Positions 62,295 to 64,000 of a DNA stretch of 64,000 nt are shown here, one piece after another (position 1 is the first letter of the stretch; every line of letters starts with the position of its first letter). Both the position numbers and the translations under genes were made by a program. The notes beneath the pieces are model-generated. The model was given only the letters and a program-made list of their open reading frames with translations. It made no database searches and was not told the origin of the DNA. The stretch is from contig CBDCFW010000005.1 of the NCBI GenBank assembly GCA_965216465.1, positions 288,001 to 352,000 of the forward strand. The letters are read 5' to 3'. The DNA comes from Bacteroidia bacterium. Lineage in GTDB: Bacteria; Bacteroidota; Bacteroidia; NS11-12g; UBA9320.

Positions 62295-64000
62295 TTATTT
62301 CTTTTTGAATCGTTTGATGTAGTCAACTACAATCGGAGTTGCAATACATACCGATGAGTACGTACCCACAGCAACACCTATCAACAGTGCAAATGTAAAT
62401 CCTGCAAGACCTTCACCTCCAAAGATGAATAAGATCAAGATTACAAGCAAAGTAGTTAACGATGTAATCAACGTTCTACTTAGTGTTGTATTGATCGCAC
62501 GGTTAATTACTGGTGCTACATCTTCATTTTGATTTCTTGTTAATCCTAAGAACTCTCTCACCCTATCGAATACAACCACCGTATCGTTAATCGAGTAACC
62601 AACTACGGTTAAGATTGCTGCGATAAATGCCTGGTCAATTGAAAGCTCAAATGGAAGCACTCCCCAAAGAATTGAGTAGAGCGAGAATACAATCATAACG
62701 TCGTGGAAGATTGCCATCGTCGCACCCAAACTAAATCCAACATTTCTAAATCGAGCGAGGATATATAAGAACATACCAATAATTGCGAATGCAATCGCAT
62801 AAGCAGATCGAGCTTTAATATCGGCTGCAATGGTAGGACCTACTTTGTTGGTCGACTTAATATTATCTTCTGTAAATCCGTAATCTTTAAAAGCATCGAT
62901 TACTGCAGCTTGAACTTTTTCAGCAGCCATTGAATCTTTACTTTCGATTTCATACGAAGTAGTTACTTTAAACTGGTTATTTGTTCCGTAAGTCTTAACC
63001 TCATTGTTTGCATCTTCTAATGCTGCATTAAGAGCATTACGAAGATCTCCACTTTTAACATCTTCTACTTCTACTACGTAACTCCATCCCCCCTTGAAAT
63101 CAACACCAAGAGAAACACCTCTTGTTGCAAGTGAGATGATACCAGCGGTAATAATAACACCTGAAATGATGTAGAATAACTTTCTTTTACCGATAAAGTC
63201 CCAATCAATTTGGTTCAATCGGATACCTAGTTTTTTAGAGAATCCAGTATAGAAAGAAGTCTCTCTGTTTTTAGCGATATCTCTGTCGATAAATAATCGA
63301 GTTAAGAAAATCGAAGTAAATAAAGAAGACAAAATACCGATCACTAAGATTACCGCAAATCCCATAACTGGTCCTTTACCAAGAACCCAAAGGATAATAC
63401 CAGCGATAATGGTCGTAATGTTCGCATCTATAATTGAAGAATATGCACCCGCATAACCTTCTTTAATTGCTGTTTTAAATGATTTACCTGCTTGTAACTC
63501 TTCCCTTACTCTCTCAAAGATAAGAACGTTCGCATCGACCGCCATACCAATGGTAAGTACAAGACCCGCCATACCAGGTAGTGTAAGTGCTGCATGCAAG
63601 CCTGCTAATACACCGATAATGAATACCAGGTTAGCTAATAAAGCTATATCAGCATAGAAACCTGCCTTACCGTAGTAAAGCATCATAAATATAATTACAA
63701 GAACAAATCCAACCGCAAGCGAGATAATACCTGCTCGAATCGAATCTTCACCTAAAGAAGCTCCAACTGTAGCTTCACCAGCAATTCTTACAGGAGCATC
63801 AAGCTTACCTGCTTTTAGAATGTTTGAAAGGTCAGCCGCTTCTTTTTGATCGAAGTTACCGGTAATAACTGAACTACCGTTTGGAATCTCACCTTGAACA
63901 CGTGGTGCACTGTATACTAGGTTGTCAAGTACAATCGCAACACACTCTTTTGGATTTGGTGTAGAAGCATCAGCTGTAATTCTCTTCCATGCCTTAGTTC
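62295..64000 (-). CDS. secDF: Protein translocase subunit SecDF, fused; 5' part lies beyond the window
   Basis: IVLDNLVYSAP, GMAVDANVLIFER (SecD); LGVDFKGG, GYSINDTVVVFDRVRE (SecF); frame open to the window end. Confidence 0.97.
   Translation of the reverse strand, partial: TKAWKRITADASTPNPKECVAIVLDNLVYSAPRVQGEIPNGSSVITGNFDQKEAADLSNILKAGKLDAPVRIAGEATVGASLGEDSIRAGIISLAVGFVLVIIFMMLYYGKAGFYADIALLANLVFIIGVLAGLHAALTLPGMAGLVLTIGMAVDANVLIFERVREELQAGKSFKTAIKEGYAGAYSSIIDANITTIIAGIILWVLGKGPVMGFAVILVIGILSSLFTSIFLTRLFIDRDIAKNRETSFYTGFSKKLGIRLNQIDWDFIGKRKLFYIISGVIITAGIISLATRGVSLGVDFKGGWSYVVEVEDVKSGDLRNALNAALEDANNEVKTYGTNNQFKVTTSYEIESKDSMAAEKVQAAVIDAFKDYGFTEDNIKSTNKVGPTIAADIKARSAYAIAFAIIGMFLYILARFRNVGFSLGATMAIFHDVMIVFSLYSILWGVLPFELSIDQAFIAAILTVVGYSINDTVVVFDRVREFLGLTRNQNEDVAPVINRAINTTLSRTLITSLTTLLVILILFIFGGEGLAGFTFALLIGVAVGTYSSVCIATPIVVDYIKRFKKK

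Overview
AT-rich, gene-dense chromosomal segment of a Bacteroidota bacterium, judged from TAnnTTTG promoters, T9SS C-terminal domains, a fused SecDF and the sigma54-activator/lptE/secG/groESL neighbourhood. It is mostly core genes: groESL, secG, lptE, sppA, purB, dnaE, recG, riboflavin synthase, sdhCAB, pyrD, lptD, uvrA, speA plus a deoxyhypusine-synthase-like gene, topA, aroCAB, an RluA-family synthase, PGI/PMI and secDF. It also carries T9SS cargo proteins, an ECF sigma/anti-sigma pair and tandem TetR regulators. I saw no rRNA, tRNA, CRISPR array, transposase or phage gene, and no clearly novel multi-gene system. The most interesting signals are non-coding or missed by the ORF track: (1) a 25-aa small gene with its own promoter and a downstream terminator after sdhB; (2) a probable ATC start codon for uvrA; (3) a putative sigma54/enhancer-binding-protein circuit for groESL with a shared TGCCA-N3-TGGCA motif; (4) an ECF promoter motif shared by the ECF sigma, a DUF6249-like gene and sppA; (5) many probably leaderless genes. 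All family calls come from recognising motifs by eye; no searches were run.
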